From: Candidatus Eiseniibacteriota bacterium | Lineage (GTDB): Bacteria; Eisenbacteria; RBG-16-71-46 | DNA: 64,000 nucleotides | Assembly: GCA_963717935.1 (NCBI GenBank) | Contig: CAVQXP010000004.1 | Span: forward strand, 2,016,001 to 2,080,000 | Reading direction: 5' to 3' | Shown here: positions 61,767 to 64,000 of the stretch, in pieces | Layout: each line of letters begins with the position of its first letter | Numbering within the stretch: the stretch's first letter is position 1 | The notes under the pieces: model-generated | Told to the model about the DNA's origin: nothing | The model's database searches: none | What the model saw: only the letters and a program-made list of their open reading frames with translations | Made by a program: the position numbers and the translations under genes

Positions 61767-62047
61767 TGTTCCTGGCCCGCGTGATCGGTGACGTGGTGGC
61801 CACCATCAAGCACGACCACCTTGCGGGGCAGAAGCTGCTCCTGGTCCAGCCGGTCACGCCCGCGGACGCACCCACGGGCAAGCCGGTCATCGCCGTGGAC
61901 GCGGCGGACTCCGGTCCGGGCGACCTGGTGCTGGTCGCCGATGAAGGAAACATGGCCGCCCAGGTGCTGCGGCGCTCGCGCGGGCCGATCCGGACGGTGA
62001 TCGTGGGGGTGGTGGACAGGGTGGAGGTCGGGGACACGGCCGGGTAG
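61763..62047 (+). CDS. BMC vertex pentamer (EutN/CcmL, BMC-P) 3
   Basis: MFLARVIG.VVATIKH..L.G.KLLLVQP...IAVD..DSG.GD.VLV..EG..A...PIR..IVGVVD. Confidence 0.92.
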   Translation: MMFLARVIGDVVATIKHDHLAGQKLLLVQPVTPADAPTGKPVIAVDAADSGPGDLVLVADEGNMAAQVLRRSRGPIRTVIVGVVDRVEVGDTAG

Positions 62048-62139
62048 GTCCGGGGGTCCCCGGGCCGTCCGGCGAGGAAAGGGCTGCGCAAATCGCCCTG
62101 TTAGTGTAGATTACGCGCGTCCGGCGCCGAGAGGCGAGC

Positions 62140-62346
62140 GTGCCGATCCACGAACTCCGCTGGAGGGCATGCGCGCATCGCTGCAAGGCTCTGCTGAAGC
62201 GCAGGGACGAGGCCGCCCCGAAGTGTCCGAAGTGCGGGGCGTCGCAGTCGGAGAAGTCGCTGTCCGCGTTCGTCATGACCGGAGGGGGCCGCCAGGCCTC
62301 GCCGGTGGTGTGCGCTTCTGCGGACCGCGCATGTCGCAGACACTAG
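62140..62346 (+). CDS. FmdB family zinc-ribbon protein
   Basis: MPIHE..(W)..C.H......CPKCG....EK.LSAF; first Cys reads as Trp. Confidence 0.7.
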   Translation: MPIHELRWRACAHRCKALLKRRDEAAPKCPKCGASQSEKSLSAFVMTGGGRQASPVVCASADRACRRH

Positions 62347-62428
62347 CCGCCGGGAGAAGTGGCGCCCGGCGGGCAGGGAACCTGTCGACCCCGGTCGATG
62401 GGACGGGCAGGCACACGGAGGACCAGCC

Positions 62429-62737
62429 ATGACCAAGGCGGACCTGGTGGAAGAGATCGCGGCGCAGACCGGGATCTCGCGCAACCAAACCGCGGTCATC
62501 GTGGATCAACTGCTGGACGCGATGTCCCGGGCACTGAGCGAGGGCAGGCATCTCGAGATCCGTGGCTTCGGCACGTTCAAGGTGCGCGAGCGCCGCGCGC
62601 GGCGGGCCCGGAACCCACGCAGCGGCTCCGAGGTCATGGTACCCGCGAAGCTCGTGCCGGTGTTCAAGCCGAGCAAGGAGCTCAAGGCCGTGGTGCTGGG
62701 AGAGGTCGCCGAAGTCGCCGAGCCCGTACTGAGCTGA
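62429..62737 (+). CDS. HU/IHF family DNA-binding protein
   Basis: MTKADLV, EIRGFGTF, ARNPRSG, P.FKPSKELK. Confidence 0.95.
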   Translation: MTKADLVEEIAAQTGISRNQTAVIVDQLLDAMSRALSEGRHLEIRGFGTFKVRERRARRARNPRSGSEVMVPAKLVPVFKPSKELKAVVLGEVAEVAEPVLS

Positions 62738-62786
62738 ATGACGCCGATCGCGGAATGCCATCGGGCAAGGGCATGGAGGATGAGGA

Positions 62787-62882
62787 ATGGGGTCAGGCAA
62801 GAAGCGCAAGCGTAAGAAGATCGCAACGCACAAGCGCAAGAAGCGGCTTCGCAAGAACCGGCACAAGAAGCGGATCCGTTAG
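62787..62882 (+). CDS. Small basic ribosomal protein bS22-like (AURKAIP1/COX24 family), 31 aa, absent from the ORF track
   Basis: Hand translation: MGSGKKRKRKKIATHKRKKRLRKNRHKKRIR-stop; purine-rich GGAGGATGAGGA upstream. Confidence 0.85.
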   Translation: MGSGKKRKRKKIATHKRKKRLRKNRHKKRIR

Positions 62883-62925
62883 CCCCGCGGAGTCGCCCGC
62901 CAGACGCCTGATCGGCCGCGCGTAT

Positions 62926-64000
62926 GTGACGCGCGGCCGCTGGGTGTTCGACCCGGCACGGCGCTGGCGGGGGGGCCGCAGGGAGTTGGTGTGGCGCGGC
63001 GAGCACGAGCCGCTCGACGGCGACTGGTGCATCGCGGAGGTACCCGACGAGGGCCCGGCTTCCCTTGTCGAGGTCCTCGGGGCGGATGACCGTCCGGAGT
63101 GGGACGACGCGGGTGTCGCCTCGCAGTTCCGGCTGCGCACCCGGTTCCCTGGGGCCGTCGAGCGTGAGGTGCTGGGGCATCGCGAGCCCGGCGCCCGCGA
63201 GCGTCACGGGCGGCTCGACCTGCGTGAAGAACTGGTCTTCACGATCGATCCCGAGGACGCGCGTGACCACGACGACGCTCTCTCGGTTCGTCCGCTGGGG
63301 GAGGGCCGCTTCCTGATCGGCATCCACATCGCCGACGTCTCCCACTACGTGACCCCGGGCTCGGCCGTCGACCACGAGGCCCGGGCGCGGGGCACGAGTT
63401 GTTACCTGCCCGGCGGGGTCGTCCCGATGCTCCCCGAGGCCCTCTCAGGCGACCTGTGCTCACTGCGCCCGGACCGCGACCGGCTCGCCCTGTCGGCCCT
63501 CGCCGAAGTCGACCTGGAAGGACGCCTCCTCGGCTGCAGGTTTGCCGAAACCGTGGTGCGCAGCCGCCACCGGCTGCACTACGGCGAGGTCCAGGCGGCG
63601 CTCGACCACCGGGAGGCCGCGGACCCACCCCTCCAGCAGGCGCTGCGGACGCTCCTTCAACTCGCCCGGGCGCTGCGACGCCGGCGCGTCGCGGCAGGGA
63701 CCCTCGAACTGGACGTGCCCGAGGTCAAGGCCTGGGTGGATGAGCGCGGAGCACCCTGGAAGGTCGAGCGCCGCCCCCACTTCGAGAGCCACGAGCTGGT
63801 CGAGGAGTTCATGCTCCTCGCCAACCGCTGCGTCGGGCAGGAGGGCGCCAGACGTAAGGCTGGGCTCCTCTACCGTGTGCACGAGCCGCCCTCGCCGCTG
63901 AAGCTGGAAGCGCTGGACTCGATGCTCGGGACGCTGGGCCTGCCCCGCCTCGCCGTCCCCGGACCCGGGCGACGCGCCGGCGCGTTCACCGACCCGGCCA
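62926..64000 (+). CDS. RNB-domain exoribonuclease (RNase R/II family); 3' truncated, start uncertain (frame is open upstream through ATG 62773)
   Basis: Hand translation: RLDLR..LVFTIDPEDARDHDDALS, GIHIADVSHYV, RGTSCYLP..V.PMLP..LS.DLCSL.P..DRL, HELVEEFMLLAN, LYRVHE.P; no stop before the window end. Confidence 0.9.
   Translation, partial: MTRGRWVFDPARRWRGGRRELVWRGEHEPLDGDWCIAEVPDEGPASLVEVLGADDRPEWDDAGVASQFRLRTRFPGAVEREVLGHREPGARERHGRLDLREELVFTIDPEDARDHDDALSVRPLGEGRFLIGIHIADVSHYVTPGSAVDHEARARGTSCYLPGGVVPMLPEALSGDLCSLRPDRDRLALSALAEVDLEGRLLGCRFAETVVRSRHRLHYGEVQAALDHREAADPPLQQALRTLLQLARALRRRRVAAGTLELDVPEVKAWVDERGAPWKVERRPHFESHELVEEFMLLANRCVGQEGARRKAGLLYRVHEPPSPLKLEALDSMLGTLGLPRLAVPGPGRRAGAFTDPA

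Overview
Very GC-rich bacterial chromosomal DNA, almost all on the + strand. No rRNA, tRNA, CRISPR array or mobile element was recognised. The LpxC-FabZ fusion, the bS22-like small ribosomal protein and the Bacteroidota-style TonB suggest an FCB-affiliated diderm such as a candidate phylum (inference only). Many conserved genes, some essential, are broken by 1-bp indels, which is most simply explained by uncorrected long-read errors, so genes were rebuilt by hand across frames. Gene order: (1) lipid A/LPS cluster, 1-16.4 kb: lpxD, lpxC-fabZ, lpxA, gnnA-like, lpxB, lpxJ-like DUF374, waaA, lpxK, nadB, Minf_1886-like, msbA, GT9, proS, waaF-like, extended gmhB. (2) A minus-strand pair, TPR/Zn-finger membrane protein plus DUF4388-GspG-like protein, then asnS. 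(3) PstS-like lipoprotein, TPR, two STAS, exbB, two exbD, tonB. (4) YIP1, TolC, MFP and a MacB-type ABC exporter. (5) uvrA, tdh, gcvT-H-PA-PB. (6) An uncharacterised 8-gene cassette built around an orphan GlmL-like ASKHA ATPase and DUF6754 membrane proteins, followed by a lipoate ligase. This is the best candidate for an undescribed system. (7) An Opp/Dpp ABC importer. (8) A compact bacterial microcompartment locus (2 BMC-H, 1 BMC-T, 3 BMC-P, acylating aldehyde dehydrogenase) with no signature enzyme. (9) FmdB, HU/IHF, bS22-like and an RNB-family nuclease running off the window end.
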